Assembly: GCA_043228905.1 (NCBI GenBank)
Contig: JBHGNT010000011.1
Location: forward strand, 7,688,001-7,752,000
Reading direction: 5' to 3'
Source: Azolla caroliniana
Taxonomy: Eukaryota; Plantae; Polypodiophyta
DNA length: 64,000 nt
Shown here: positions 48,823 to 63,900 of the stretch, in pieces
Numbering within the stretch: position 1 is the stretch's first letter
Layout: the number at the start of each line of letters is the position of its first letter
The notes under the pieces: model-generated
What the model was told of the DNA's origin: nothing
What the model saw: only the letters and a program-made list of their open reading frames with translations
Databases searched by the model: none
Position numbers and translations under genes: made by a program

Positions 48823-51800
48823 CTAAAAAGCATTCCATGAATCTGTGCTATGTCTTGGAGCCTGAGAAGATCTGGTGCCCAAGAATGGATCAGGCTCATC
48901 CATTGATGCGAAGCTGCGAGGCTGTGTGCCACCGACAGAACTTGCAAAAGAATCAAACCTTGCAAAGCTATCTGAGGTAGTAGTACTACTGAAAGAATCA
49001 AACCGAAAAATTTGTTCTTGGCTCGAACCCCTTAACACATTATTCTGGACAGGTGTGTTTGGTATCGACTCGTCAAAAAAACCTCCACTTGGGTAGTGAT
49101 TGAAAGGAGTATTGTTATTGTTATGAATGGGAGTGCTTGGAACTGAATTATCAAAAAATACTGACGTTCTTTCTTTTGTTCGTATTGGCCCAAATGATGG
49201 CAAATCTTCTTGAAGCTTTCCACTTTGCCCTGAATTTGGTGATGTGTCAAATGGATCATTAAATCCAAATGTAGAAGATTTTGTGCCAATCTTGGCCGAT
49301 GAGAAGAAAGATTCCTCAGAGGCCTATGTAGCAAGAAGAATGGTGTTAGAAATCCAAAAAAATGATACTTCCATTGACTTCTTTGTTAAGGGGATAGCTC
49401 GGATTTAATCACCTTGGCATTTGATGATTCAGTCCTGCCCCATGAAGCATTAGATCCAGCGTCATCACCCCTAGGGTGGGTAAAGGCAGAAGCCCAATCA
49501 CCTCCATTTACACCAAATGTGTCACTCTCTGATTGAGAGGAAACTGGACTAAATCTATTACAAGAAGAAATATAATAAGAATTAAGCAAGTCAATTTCCC
49601 CAGAAATAACCACAAAACATGTACGCTCATATGGAGTTCTTATTACCAAACCTTCACACCACCATTATAATTAGAATTGAAATTTATCAATAATCTGGCT
49701 ACCGAATATGTCAGAAAAAAACAGCTTCGATGTATAGAACACACAAGGAAACAATTTAAGGATTTATTGGCTCGATAATATATACCTCTCCGAGTCTTTG
49801 TTTGATGTAAAAATTGCTGATTCCAAGGGTTCTGGACTAGACGGTGTGTCCTCTCTTGGACTTGCATCACCATTTCTACTCAAACTACCATGGTGATCTC
49901 TTCTTGGAGAAGATTCTCCCTGATTTTCATTCGATATAACGTCTTCTTCTTGCATTTCCCCATCACCTGCAGAAAAATCAAACCCATGATTTTCATCCCA
50001 TGTTGCTGGACTTTTAGGCTTGGCTGCATCACTTCCAGCAGTTTTTTCCTCCATAAATTCCTGAACATAGGTGAATCCTGCATAGCAATATTAAATGAAT
50101 TTTGACACTGATCAAAATAGAGCTTTAAAATAAACAAAAATTACTGATATGAAGACACATCAGCTAGTACTAAAAATGGCTTTTTTTACTCGTTTTCACA
50201 TTTTCAATTCACTGCTTTATTTAAATATTTGTATTCACAGTTCTAGGTTTATTAGAATCATAAGAAAGGTTACTATGTTCTGTGAATCCCAACTATAATT
50301 CATTTGGTATGGAATATCACAAACAATCACCAGATTACAGGTCAAGATTTACAATCATCTTCTCTATGACCAAGCTATTTCACATCCATTTTCCACATTC
50401 AAGTTCCCTAAGGCAATCTTTACATTGTTGCTATGTATGCTGCACAGGATATTGAAGAGCACATCTAATCTCTTCCTTGAAAATTTCTAGGCAGAGAGTG
50501 GATATTGTGCAGTTATTGTTGCAATAAATTTGTGGGTTCTCTATACACATTGACCAATCATATAATGTATTATCAAAAGAAAACTCAAGCTTGATTCATA
50601 CTAAGATATATAGAATATTAGCCACACCTTCATCTTCAAATTTGTCCCAGTCTTCATCCCACTGTGCAGCATTTTCCTGAATCCCTGGCTGCCACCCTGA
50701 ATATAAAGGGGATAAACATGAATCGAAGACGTTTAATGTATGTGCCTTTATACAGAAAGCTCAACAAATTTAGAACTCACCATAAGGTAGCTCTAAAAGT
50801 GATGTGGGCTTGATTTTTAGACTTAGGTGCTTGCATTTTGCATTTAATGCTTTCCTCAACTCATCTAAATCCTTTTGTAGCCTATCTGCACGTGCCTGTA
50901 CACAAAGCACTATAAATCATGAGGTATACTTTCAAAGGGATAACTAAATTTACCAAATAAAACACTAAACTTTAAACGTAACTAGAAAAGGACATACATA
51001 TACGCTTATAATACATATATGTACCTTCTAAAGTAATAGAACTAATGAAATAATAAAAATATCTAAGATATCACTTCTCTGGGCATCTTTCCAAACAATT
51101 TAATCATTTAAGGTTTACGATATCATATCATTATATGAAAAGTCTATATTTTCAAATGAACAATACATTATTTCTTAAAGCATACTAAAAGGTTCCAAAT
51201 TATTTTCATGAGGTATACTTTCAAAGGAATAACTAAATGTAGCAAATATAACACTAAACTTTAAAGGTATCTAGAAAAGGACATACATATACGCTTATGA
51301 TGCATATATGTGCCTTCTAAAGTAATAGAACGAACAAAATAATAACAATATCTAAAATATCACTTTTCTGGGCATCTGTCCAACAATTTATTAATTTAAG
51401 GTTTATGATATCATATCATTCTATGAAAAGTCTATATTTTTAAATGAGCAATACATGATTTCTTAAAGCATACTAAAATGCAAAACTGCCTTAATTGTAG
51501 TAGAACCTAATGCACAATAAGATATTATCTACAATATCTTCAGCCCAAATGTTCTCATTGGAGGTCTTGCATCTAAAGGCACATGACGTTGAGGGTTGTT
51601 CCTGGCTTGTTATCCTTCATCCTTGTCACCTATAGTTTTACATACTATTCACACAAAGAATTCAACGATATGCATCCATTAGCTCATGAAGAATTCCCAT
51701 CGCAATCTAATGTTCATATATTTTAGATAATTTTACGGTAGGGAAAGTATAGAGATCAGCCATGCATGAAAACATTTTCAAGTAAAAACTTCCAGAAGGT

Positions 51801-54800
51801 GTGGATTCAAATCAGAAATAACGAATCTTACAAAGTCTTGATCTTGCTGGAATGTAATAATAAATCTCAAGCCTGACTTCCACAGGATCCTCGTAAGATG
51901 TGATTAAACAAATCACTTACTAAATGGAACATTTACTATTGAAATTCATTATCAGGCATATACACTCTGATGTGAATGGCATTTCCCATTTTTATATGTG
52001 TACAGAAATGTTACTGTCCCAGAGATTGGAGCTTCAGGAAATGTTGAAGGAATGTAACCTGTAGGAATGCATTTGTATCCCCACCTTGCTCCATCCTCAA
52101 TATTGCATTGTAAAGTTCCAACCTCCGCTCCTTATAATAGGCAACAATTTAATTAGATAAGCATTGGATGTACCATGTACAATATACCATGGAAAATGTT
52201 GTAAAACCTTACCTGAATATCACGGAAAGCTGCCTCATCAGTGAGTAATCGAGATTGAGCCTCCCCTGCTTGCTTAAATTTTTCATCATAGCGCTTTACC
52301 AAAGATTCAACCTGCAAATTGTTTCCACTAAGAATATAAAAACAAGACAAATATGCCTAGCAGCTTGCTAAGAGAATCTTCGTGAATTAAATACTATACT
52401 CTCAAAAGCAGTACAATACAAACATAACAGTTTGAGCTTGTGAATATGGAAATGAAATAAGCAAAACCTCAAAGAATAAAAGTAAAAAATCTGCAGATAA
52501 ACAAAATCATTGAAGTCACAGCACACAGCTAAGTTTAACCAGCCTCTGTATATTGGAGCCATTTTGTCACTACCCTGGGCTCTTTCTGTATCCATCAAGC
52601 TAGAAGGCATTTCATTTAGCCTCTTGCACAGAGAACAAGAATGGTGTCAGTTCAATCATTCTTATTTTTCTACATACAACTATTCATTAGAGCACAATAG
52701 CAAAAAAACTGATTCATAGAAATTTTCGTTTAAAAAAGTATTCAAGAACATATTTGAACATGATACATGAATACAGAGTATTCTAAAACAATGTACACCT
52801 CTCGCTTATCAGATGATGCTCGCTCTGTGATTTCTGCAAGGCGATTATCACATCTTGTCTTGAAAAGCACCTGAACCACAGGGAAAGGATTAGCAACATA
52901 TGTATATATTAAGCATGTCTGATGTATCTAACACTAAATGATGATTAAACTCGAGCAAGGAAATAGAATAGTTGAAATAAAATTCTAACAAACAAAAAAG
53001 GCTCTAAATAGCTCGGAACATTTCATTAAAAGCTAATAGAACCAATAATAGTGTAAGTTTATATATTTCTGCTCCTCTTTAATATATAAAGAGAATATAA
53101 TATTCTTATATCCATCTTCATCTTATGAATATACTGGTGGTGAGAAGAAATTTTGTTTATGTATTTCCATTCCTTGCTTCAATAACACTTTAAAGAGATA
53201 CTAGTGTTTCTGTAGTTTTTGTCATTTTGCCCTTGTGAGTATTTTGTGTGCATGCTAATTTGGTGGTTTTCCTTTTAATTTTTTGCTGACATGCAGATTC
53301 AGCTTGGCAAGAGGTTTGAAGAACTCCATACAATTTCTTGCATCTTTGTACGGTAAAACTCCATTTTTTCCTTCGAGTCCATAATCTGTTTTTCCAATTC
53401 ATGCATCTGCAAAACAAGTAAAGAGATCTCAGTGCATTGAGACCTGCGGTTGAGATACATTTAGGCTTTGAAAACTTACAAAAACAAAAAAAGTCCTAGT
53501 AAAAGACATGGTATATGGTTATATCAGTACATTCTATAAACATACTCGGTGAACTGATCATGAGAGAACATCATAGATATAGAAAATTCAGAAGTATATG
53601 ATTTTCTTGAGCCGAGCCATTGCCAGTATTTGATGGAGATCTTTCATGCTGAACAAAGTTAAATTCACTCATGAACCAATACATCATATCTCTCACCCAT
53701 TTTCTTCTCAAGGAGGAGAGGTGCCTTCACATTGCCAAGCTCAGACTACGAAAGCCTTGTTGATACACATCATATATCTCCCCTCATTAGATATATGGCA
53801 TTGATGTGTATCAATACAATTAACCCTACTAGGATGAAATCAAAGACTTAACGTCTGCTATGACCATAACATCATAGCTTCTATTTCTTATCCCTGCTAG
53901 AACCTATATCAGATGAGAAAAGAGGGCCATAGTAAACCTATAATATAATTATCACAGCATAACATCAATCACATATCATTATTGTGTATTCGATGGAAAA
54001 TATGAATACAGCAATGCATTTTCAATGAGAAATTTGTCTTTTCATAGATGCTACTTTATTTTCTAATTCTCCTTCATTGTAGGTTTGATACAGTTTTTCA
54101 ATTATTAAACCAATCATGCAATAAAAGAGAATCTCTAATGCTCAAGTTGCACTGAAGTTACAACTAGTCAGTGTTGTTATGTAAGATCCAGATATAAAAT
54201 TCATCTATTTGCTATTTTCCAAACTAAAAATAACAGAAACTATAAAATTATTCCTATTTCCATGGTAATATTATGTCCTTAGGCGTTTGGCCAGGCATGA
54301 TGTAAGGTCTCTAACGGAGCTTACAATTTTGTACAGCTGAAGCTCTAGCTACATAAGAGTTGTAGGACAAAAAACACCCTAGCTCTCTTTTTCAACCCAC
54401 TCACAATCCACAACCTGCACACAAGATATAGCTCAAACTATACACACATATACCCAATATTGGGAGATTTTCAACCCACTTCCTATCCATAGAGCTGCTT
54501 CAGGCTCACCACCAAGCATGAGAACCAGCAGTAAATGAGTTCAAATGAGCTCCAATCGCCGGTCTCCCATACCACCACCCCACACATATCAGGTGTGAGC
54601 AAGAGGAGCCAAGAGCCAGAGTTGAAGAGAGGTGTTCATTTCATAAAGAAGAACTAGGTCCAATTGGTAGGATCACCAAACATCCATTCTATTAAGAGTG
54701 CATTCACAAATCAAGAGTCTCTATGAGCCTTTAATATTGCTGATGCCCATCAGATGCATCATACAGTCTTCCTTATCTTTTATTTCTGTCCGCAGCAATG

Positions 54801-57800
54801 CTCAGGGAAACAACGTTAGGAAAATGATTCCTGAGTGATTGAGCTGTTTTCCAAGAAGCCTCTGCTTAGAGCCAACGTTTTTCCCTTTGACATAAACCAA
54901 TTAAGTTTCTAATGAAATATAATGTGTCATATCTTTTAAACACGTAGTTTCTTCTACTGCCGTTACTAATTCGTCCTACAGAAATCATTCTTTTAGATGA
55001 CATGGAACACATGGTGAATTGTTGGAGTAACCCATACTTATTTGATGCATCTCTTCTTGATTATTTAGAATGGTCATTTAAACTCCTCTTATTAAGAGTG
55101 TGGTCATATTTTTAAGATCCATCCAGGTGTCTCAAGATATAACACTCTCCCTCAAGGAGAGGGTTCCTTCTGGAAACTAACATAATATTCTAGCCAAACT
55201 ATCAAATGACCTCACCTCAACACACTTCATCAAACATCCCCTCTCTGTGATCTGTACGAATTTCACATTGACAATCACGATTGACACGAAGGAGACACTT
55301 GGTAAAGTGCATTAAATATTCCACCAAAATTTCACATCATATTACTTAGATAATTATTCGATTTCATGCATAGCTTAAATAATGAAATGCATTTACCTTT
55401 TTCTCAGCATCAACTGCTTCCTGATGCTTAGTTTGAAGAGTTAGTTGGTCATCAGCAGATAATTGATTGACCTTATACATTTCTAGAACTGGTGTATTTT
55501 GTAACCCCTGAACAAAGCCCTCTCTTGCTGATGGTCCCACTGGAGGTTGGATTTGATTTTGTCCTTGTATCATAACTGGAGGCCGTTGCAATGGTACACC
55601 ACGAGCCACAGGACGGGGTGGCAAACCAGGAGCAGTAGGTTGAAGCATACCTACAAAATCATACAGGAGTTCATCTCAAACAAAACACAACACCCAACTA
55701 GAAATCCTAAGTTAGTTCCTTAATAGACAATGAAAGAAACAAAAACTTTAGTTTGTATTACCAGGATTCTGCTGCCATGCAGGCACATTATGGCCAGAGG
55801 AGTTCTGAGTGAATGCAACCTGAGCTTCTGAAATACGGAGGGCTTTGATGCCAGATTCATCAAAAAAAGGTGTAGGATCCATCATTGCTGGTAGCGCTCG
55901 TCCCTCACGATGACGTTCCATGAGATAAAGAGACATGCAAAACTCGCGTAATGATAACATACTATCACGATCTTGATCAGATAAATCCCAGATCTGCTTC
56001 AGAATCTCTGTAAGCACGGAATCAGACAGACAGAAACCAATGATAAGAGTTACTTTTCTCTAAATGTCTTGATCTTAACAACTTCTAGATAAGAAAAACA
56101 GTAAACAGATCAACCTCGAGGAAGACGCCAACTAAGAAAAAGGTCACGAGCTTGATTTCCACTGATTTTTCCATCTTTATCAGTATCCACTTCGGAAAAT
56201 ATCTTTGTGTATTTTCGGATGGTGGCATCTGTCATCTTGGGCCAGGCTCTTACTCCATCAAGTAAAGGTGTGGGGGTCCCGAAACTCTGTCCTTGCTTAT
56301 GGGTTTGATCAATCGGAATTGATATTGGCTGGATCTGTTTTTTAGTCTCCATAGGTGCACTAGAAGTAGGAACAAGAGAAAACGCTGGCGATGGATCAGA
56401 TTGATTTGTTGTTTGCAATCCTCTTGCTTGAAATGTCTCATTTGTGGTCGGAACCGAATGAGAAATCAGTTGGGCTGAGGAAGAAACCAATGGTTTGTTA
56501 ACTGGAATAGCTGTAAAGACATCACCACCGAAGAGGTCTCGTGGCTCAGCAGAAACAGTACTATTAAGACTAGTAGAATTCGTACTCTTAAGTGTAGTAG
56601 AATCGGTTGAAGAGCTGGACCGAAATGCATCTTGTGAGGGTAAAACTCCTTTCGTTTGTGGAGGCACGTGGCCATCTGCAAGACCGCTAACCGAACTGGG
56701 TCCCGACCATGAAGATGATTTGTTAGTAGGCCAATCCAAGGAACTTGTACTTGTCGACATAGTAGGTGTAGCAGGTGGATTTGGAGCCCTGGCAAGAGGT
56801 GTAGAAGCCACTTGAGGTTGATATTGAGCTACTATTGGTCGAACCTGAGGCCCCAGATTAGCGGGGAGCTGAATCTGTGGAGGAGGAATTTGCGATGCCG
56901 CTGGACCATTTAATGCTCTGCTCACTATGGGTGGTGTTAATTCCCTCCCAGTTTGTGCCACTGTGACTAGTTTTAATGCATTATAGAACTGCTCTCTGGT
57001 TAGAAACCCGGTTTGTCCTTGGTCAACATACTGCCAGATCTGGAAATAAAACATTTCCAAAATATGGGGTGATTATTCATCCTGGGTGGGAATGTTAAAC
57101 CTGGAAAATACTCCACATATAGCAAGAGAGTGATTTCTGCCTTTACAAAAGACAACTCACTGTGGTGGATAAAAACCTTATCACCAAGAGCGTGATCTCT
57201 GCCTTTTGTCAAGCAAAGCTAAGATTGTATATGGGAAACTTAAATCCAGCAAATATACTGCTATCGTCAAGAGAGTGTGATTTCTTTCATTCCACATGCA
57301 AACCAGATCATGGTGGGTGGAAATGTTAAACCTAGCAAATACTTTAACATTGTTCAAGAGAATGATTTCTGATTTTTCACAAGAAAAACATCACAGAAAA
57401 GAATTCAAATCCTTATCATCAAGAAAGCAGCAAATATACAGCTTTTGTCTTTTTCTTTCCTGATACAAATATCGTCCTTATTATCGAATGGAGTGGTTTC
57501 TATTTTTCCACAGGAAAACTCATCATGGTGAGTGGAAATGTTAAATGTAGCAAATATGCGCACTACCATTGATGAAGCTCTCGGCACATTGAGTTCATGA
57601 AATTTGAAGGAAAGAAAAAGAAACACATTTATTACTTCTCAGTACACAAGAAGGAATAAAATAATTTCTACTTTCAAGTTTCAACTAATATAGATATAGA
57701 TATATATGCATAGTGTATATATAGGGAGAGTGATCATGGATGGAGCTGTGAGAGCTTGAGCGTTCTGGAACAGATAAAATTACAGAGAGATAGAGATAGA

Positions 57801-57951
57801 GTGATGAAGAAAGGCATACCTTAGCCAAGACTTCACGGTTGAGGTTTGCTCCTTGGAAGAAGGAGACAGCTTCTTGGCCACTGATGCGACCATCGCGATC
57901 CGTATCGGCGCGTCTGAAGTAAGCATCGAAGAGATCTGGGGAAGTGACCAT
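48823..57951 (-). CDS. EH (Eps15-homology) domain-containing endocytic adaptor, AtEH/Pan1-like, ~997 aa, 13 exons
   Basis: Exons 57951-57820, 57039-56115, 56007-55762, 55650-55397, 53406-53332, 52870-52799, 52311-52213, 52130-52059, 50895-50781, 50696-50628, 50077-49786, 49554-49413 and 49323-48823. All introns are GT-AG and the 2994 nt are in frame. Two EF-hand/EH domains (DTDRDGRISG...LAKIW; DTDKDGKISG...LKQIWDLSDQDRD), a coiled coil, GWQPGIQENAAQWDEDW, and DPF and RFDSF motifs. Confidence 0.93.
50917..51478. repeat. ~290-bp tandem duplication in an intron of the EH gene
   Basis: tcatgaggtatactttcaaagg...cttaaagcatactaaaa occurs at ~50917-51190 and ~51206-51478, with moderate divergence. 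Confidence 0.85.
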
Positions 57952-58078
57952 TATTGCGATGAAGCCAAGACAGACAGGGGAGGGGAGGGGAGCAGCAGAG
58001 AAAAAGGATCGATGGAAGAAGAAGAGCAGCTTGGCTAAGGAAGAAAAGTGGGGAAAAAAAGCGTTTAAACTTTACTCT

Positions 58079-58142
58079 CTTCTTCTTCTTCTTCTTCTTC
58101 TTCTTCTTCTCAATGGATGGATGGATGGATGGATGGATGGAT
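58079..58142. repeat. (TCT)n and (GGAT)n microsatellites upstream of the EH gene
   Basis: Read directly from the sequence. Confidence 0.9.
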
Positions 58143-60692
58143 CTTAAAACTTACAAGTTACAACCAAACGCACACACACACACACATAATAAATAACACC
58201 TGTATGTACATACATATGTACATATACAGATGTTATATAATAATATGCATATGTATATACACTGCACTATATGTATATACATACATATACATTATATATG
58301 GACGGAAAAAAGTGGTGAGCAACAATGCACATGTACATATTTATTATTATTATTATATACATAAATACCCTCCGAGGGGTCCAATCTTTGGAAGGTTGTT
58401 TGTAAGACATTCACGCTCTTACTAACATGACAATGCCAATCATTATGACAAATTTGACCTTCAAAGGTAGCGACCGTAAGACTCGCTCCAACATGAAGAT
58501 GGTTATTACCCATGAGACTGACTGGCTATCTATGTGTGGTGCCTCCACATCTCAGTTGTAATAGTTGCTTGTCTAATCAATTTTTCCTTTCACCTTATCA
58601 ATCTTGTTGTGGTACTTCACTAGCACCGTGAAACACTAACCCATTTCTTATACTCCAATTATACACATCTCTCTCTCTCTCTCTCTAAGCATCATTAATT
58701 TTTCATTGTTAGCCTTATCATGCATGAACCTTTTAGATCTAATGGGTTGGAAATTGTTTTTTTTGTGTTGTTTAATCTATCTCTTGTCTATTGGGTTCTG
58801 ATGCCAATAAACAACTAGTGTTGCATTATTGATGTCATATAACATATGCCTCTCTAACTCCCCATTACTTTTGGTTGATCGTTTTCCTAAATTCTTTGAA
58901 CCACTCCTAGCCTTACCATTAGAAATTTCATAGACTATGAAACATAATACAACAACCTCGCAAATATATGGAAGTCTATGTGTTTGGCTGGGACTATTCA
59001 TTGAAATACATTTTGCTAAACCTCAACCAACCAAACAAGTTGTTGGTTGTCTCATTTTTCATACAATTGATTTTTTGGCTACGCACCACACATCAATATG
59101 GGTGCACTTGCATCATTAGTTGCACACATCCAATATGTTTTTCTCTTGAACATGGAAAATGCCTTAGAAGGATTATGACAATATGTCTCAATCCAATGAC
59201 AAAATGTTATGTGAATGCTCCCTTGTTGTTTTCTATGTTAATCATTTTTAATGTTTTTTTCCCATTTTTGTACTCCTAGAGTGTAGTGGTGATTGATCAA
59301 TGTTAAGTCGCCGCCTTCTTGTTAGGGTGTTTTAATTCAATCTTTTATTGCAGGCCCAAATTCTTTCATCCCATTGTCAAGTTCACCCTAGTCACTAAAA
59401 GGTAAAATGGAGTCTCTTCCAAGTCTTCTACTTATCATGGACATTGGACAAAAAGATGAGGGCAAAGTCAACGTAGAGGTCCTAGTCAACCCACAAAGTT
59501 GCAACATGGAAGGAAGGACAAGAGAGTTGTTAGGATGACATGAGCATACAAAATCTATCACGTGTTACTAGACTTGAACCCACAAATAATATTATAAACT
59601 TTCATATTCATTATTGTACATGTTCACATTTTTGTGAGATGCTACATTATAGTTATCATAACACATTAATCATGTGATAGTTATGTGTTAAGAATCTATT
59701 ATTAATCAATAGAACAAATAAAAGTAAAAGAAAGGCTAATAGATTGGATAGAAGAACTTGATCCTCCCGACCACCCTCGAACTATGATCCAAACATAGCC
59801 AACCTACCATTGACGTCCCATACCGACATATATTAGGATGACGAGTACCTTGGAATAGATAACGCGATGTTGTGATGTCGAGTGTGCATTGGAAGAATTT
59901 AGTTAAACTAGGAGTATTAAAAAGGAAGACATTTTGGGACTTTATTATTATGATTATTATTATTTAGGAAAGAAATGGCATGACGTGTGCTAAAATAAAA
60001 AGGCAGACATGGTGAGAACACAGACAGTGGGGACGGGGGATGCAGATTGAGAAGTAGCGAATCGAGGGGGGGTGTGTAAGCCCAACATCAACAAAGAGAT
60101 GGCGTGGTCGTTGATCGTTGGGAGATTACACCAAAGCTTGAGGATTTCCCTTGAAGCTTTACTCTTCTTCTCCACAACATACTTGTTGTTTTACGGTATT
60201 ATTTACATCTTTTTTCATGAAATTTAGGGTTACTAGTTCATGTTTAATTTCTGAAAATTTATCATCATGGTAATCAAAAGCTCCAAAATCTTGTCAACCC
60301 TATTTTATAAAGGGAATTTCTTTCATAATCCAACGTTTTTAGCCAATAAAAAGGACCACTTACACTTAGTATTGTAAAATCCATTCATAATCTCAGATTC
60401 TTTAAGTTTATTATGTGTTGATCTTGGGCATAACTCACTATTCAAATTGCTACTACGTTCAACTCTAAGGAGCCTTCGACTGTGTCGATCTTTTGAGTCT
60501 GTAGAGCCATCAATTCTAACTATCTTTTGACTCTGACCAAACTTCGACTTTGTAGAGTTTTTGAATCTAATGATCTTTCAACTTTGACGATCATTCGACA
60601 ATCATCCATCCTCTCTACTTCAAGTCCCTGGGAGTCCCGCTCAAGTAGCACATGGACACCCATAACTTGCGACATTCTTTGGTGAACTTGAC

Positions 60693-61260
60693 ATGAAAGA
60701 GCGGCAGGGGAGGTTGGCGATGGTCAAAATGATGATGAAGTTAATAAGGGAAAGAGATGTCGCACAATGTGTAGTTGAGACACTTGTATACACATATGGA
60801 CATTTTGATGGCACCAATGTCACAAATTATGTGGATAAATACAACAATGCAATGCTTCAAGCATATGTACATGAGATAACAAAATTAAAGTACTTTAATC
60901 GAGTGGTATCCTCGGTTTTACATATACAAATTATAGAGCTTCAAGAGACTTATACATCATGAGATATTTTACAAATGGCATTACTAAAAGAGTTCAAGGA
61001 CAAGGATGTAACTGGCACAAGTCCCTACGAGTTTGACAAGTGAGTCACTTTGAAGAAGCCCCACAAGAGTGCTTTAACATCTTTTCAAGAGTTTGGGCAT
61101 CAATTCTCTCGTCTTTCGGATTGAGACCAAATATTGGTGGGGGTGGAGAAAGTGCTAATGTTTCTAAGGTCCGGTGATCGAGATGAAATGATGAACCTTG
61201 GTGTACTATTTGAAGATGATGATGGCGCTAATGGATTATAGACAACTAGGATGATGTCAA
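60693..61260 (+). pseudogene. Highly degraded Gypsy gag N-terminus
   Basis: YGHFDGTNVTNYVDKYN...KLKYFNRVV...ELQE, followed by stop-riddled gag-like sequence. Confidence 0.55.
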
Positions 61261-61679
61261 ACGAACCTATGTCAAAAGAACAAAGGTCAATGTTTGATTT
61301 GGAACAATATAGCACCCGACCACCCCCGAGCGAAGGGATCGAGACGAACTCGAGCCTCGATCGGCGTCCCATACTATCGTCGTGGCGTCGAGTCGTACCT
61401 GGTGCTGGCGCACTCACTACAAGAGTTGACCCACCACAAGAACATAGTCTCGACGTCATCAAGAGATGATGAAATGAGGGTATATAGGCCTCATATTTAT
61501 AGTGATACTCAAGGCCCCCAGGCAAGTCCACACTTGGCCTAATGGGTTGTCTCAATCCCGAGGATTAAAAGTAATCCTCCCCTTCTTTACACTCTTGTTT
61601 AACCCTCACACTTATCCACGTATATAGAATACTACGGTAAATTCTCACCACGGGATATTATATGGTCATACCCGTAACA

Positions 61680-62236
61680 GTGTAGCTGACGATTGACATG
61701 TCCCTTTGTTGGATATTGTTCAACTCTTGATAGAGTTGAAGCTTTCTTGCAGTCATGTTGTCCGCAAATATCTTTTTGAGATTGCCTCCTTTGGCATTTT
61801 GGCCTCTCAAATGTAGCCGAGCATGTGATCATGGACGCATGATGCAAGGCAATACAACACACGACTCACCGCTTGCCCCCAACCTGGATAATCGGCATGT
61901 GTTGGGTTGGGTTGTGTTTCTTGTGCTCATTCGACGTAACTCTAATAGCTTTGACCGACAAGGTATTGGTGCATCTTGTATTCCCAAGATGCAAAATTGT
62001 TTCTGTCGAGTTTCTTGGTGGGAAGAGCACATCCCATTTGAGTATTCATGTTGAATATTCTTCTTCTTTGTGACACAAACTATGTAAGTTGTTGCTATAG
62101 CAATCAACCAGTTCTTCGTGAACGTACACTTAGACACAACACACATGAATACGATGGGCTTGGATCAAGCTAGCAAGCGCTCTAATACCATGTAAAGAAT
62201 CAGGAGTGATTCTGTGCAGCGGAAGGTGTGTGTATA

Positions 62237-62302
<66 letters not shown>

Positions 62303-62588
62303 AAAGTTATACGGAAAATAAGAAAAATTGTATTAACAAGAACAAGAATGAACCAACAGTTACAAGGAGAAGGAGAGAGGTGCTTATGTAGTCACTTTCT
62401 CTCTATATTCTCTTTCTACAACCGCTACTTACTAAAGAGAGATGGAGACTTAACTACACTAAATATGTGTTATAGAACTTTAAGGTTCTATGACACACTA
62501 GTTACTATACTAGGAGGTGGGGTGTTCACACACTTGAGTATACTAAGGTGTGTTCCCACACTAGGGAAGTTGAGTTTGATTCTCAACA
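61680..62588 (-). mobile_element. Old Copia (family A-like) 5' fragment: gag remnant, PBS 62179-62190, LTR 62191-62588 with (GA)n
   Basis: MNTQMGCA-like start; PBS TGGTATTAGAGC; LTR ends TGTTGAGAATC...TTTACA on the minus strand. Confidence 0.85.
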
Positions 62589-62977
62589 AGATATGATGAA
62601 TTTCTTGTGTGGAAATAAATAGGTGGAAGAACGGGATGAAGAAATAGAACAAGATGTATATGCGACACATAATTATGTTTATGAAGCCTTATTCAACGAT
62701 TCACTTAGAAGTACAAAAATGGAACTTGGGGTCGATAAAAAAAGCTTTGATCACACACTCATTGAATTAAAATGACGAGAATTACGAGGGACGGTTCAGA
62801 AGATGCAACGATGAGTATCTCTAAAGCTTCATACCCTAAAATCGAATTAACAAAAACAAAGAAGGATGAGAAACTTAGATGTAGTTTGGGCGATGAAATG
62901 AATACCATATTTGAAGCTTCACATCTAAATGCATTTTGACTTGCCCAACCATGTGAAGAGGTGGAAGCCAAGGAAGT

Positions 62978-63900
62978 TGTTGAGCAAACAAGCTCAACTT
63001 GATCTGAATCGGTTGAATAAGCAAGAGCCGTATTGTAATCCGGAACGAAGAACCGGATCAGTGTTCGGATTGGTATCCGGAATGAAGAGCCGAAGCGGCA
63101 TCCGGAACCAAGAGCTGGATCGGTATCCGGACCAGTATGTAACCGGTAAGCCGTTAGAGGCCTATGGTCCTAGCCTATTAGATAGGCATATATTTTGGGA
63201 GTTTGTGTCATGGCTCAATACGAGCATTGAAGTACTTGTCAATACTTTTGTTAGTCCTTTTAAGGACTTGTATAAAAGTGCTCACATAGCATATTGTATG
63301 TACAGAGTGTTTACATAGTATTTTGAATACAGTTTTTGTGTGTTATGCTCTCTCTATCTCTCCCGCGTACTCTCTGTATGTTTCAAGCTTTCCATTAAAC
63401 CTGCATATATTTTTTTCTTGGTATCCAGTGAAGCCAGTTGGTGTATATACACTTCCACGTGATAACTTCTACATGGTATCAAAGTGCAAGGGTTGAGAAT
63501 CCTCTTCTACCGACAGAAAGAGCTTAGACAGACCAAGACCTAGCTTTCGGTAAAGAACAGAAAGAAAGAAGGAAAGAATGCACATTAGCATGGCAAGCTC
63601 GCTTCCTACCGAAAATCTCGAACGAAGCAACTACGCATCTGGGTCGTACAAGATGCACCAATACATGTTGGGACACGACTACTGGAGTTATGTAGAGGAA
63701 GCAAATGAAGTAGCATCAGAACCGACACACAAGAACTTCTTGGTATGGGAACACAGAGGAAGCAGATTGTTGTACTGCCTCGTGTTTTGTGTGCATGACC
63801 AGATGCTGGGCTACATTAGAGATGCAAAAACGCTGAAGGAAGCCTGGGAAAATCTTTAAAAAAATTTCGTTGCTAGTACCACGGCCCAATGACTCGAGCA
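62978..63900 (+). mobile_element. Copia (family B-like) 5' fragment: LTR 62978-63473, PBS 63474-63485, gag from ~63590
   Basis: TGTTGAGC...CTACA, then TGGTATCAAAGT, then MASSLPTENLERSNYASGSYKMHQYML. Confidence 0.85.

Noticed and set aside
53407-55396. Possible TE remnant in the 2-kb intron of the EH gene
   Set aside because: No recognisable termini, TSD or protein motif could be found by eye.
61290-61679. Possible additional LTR ending ...CCCGTAACA
   Set aside because: The left boundary, a partner LTR and a TSD could not be established.
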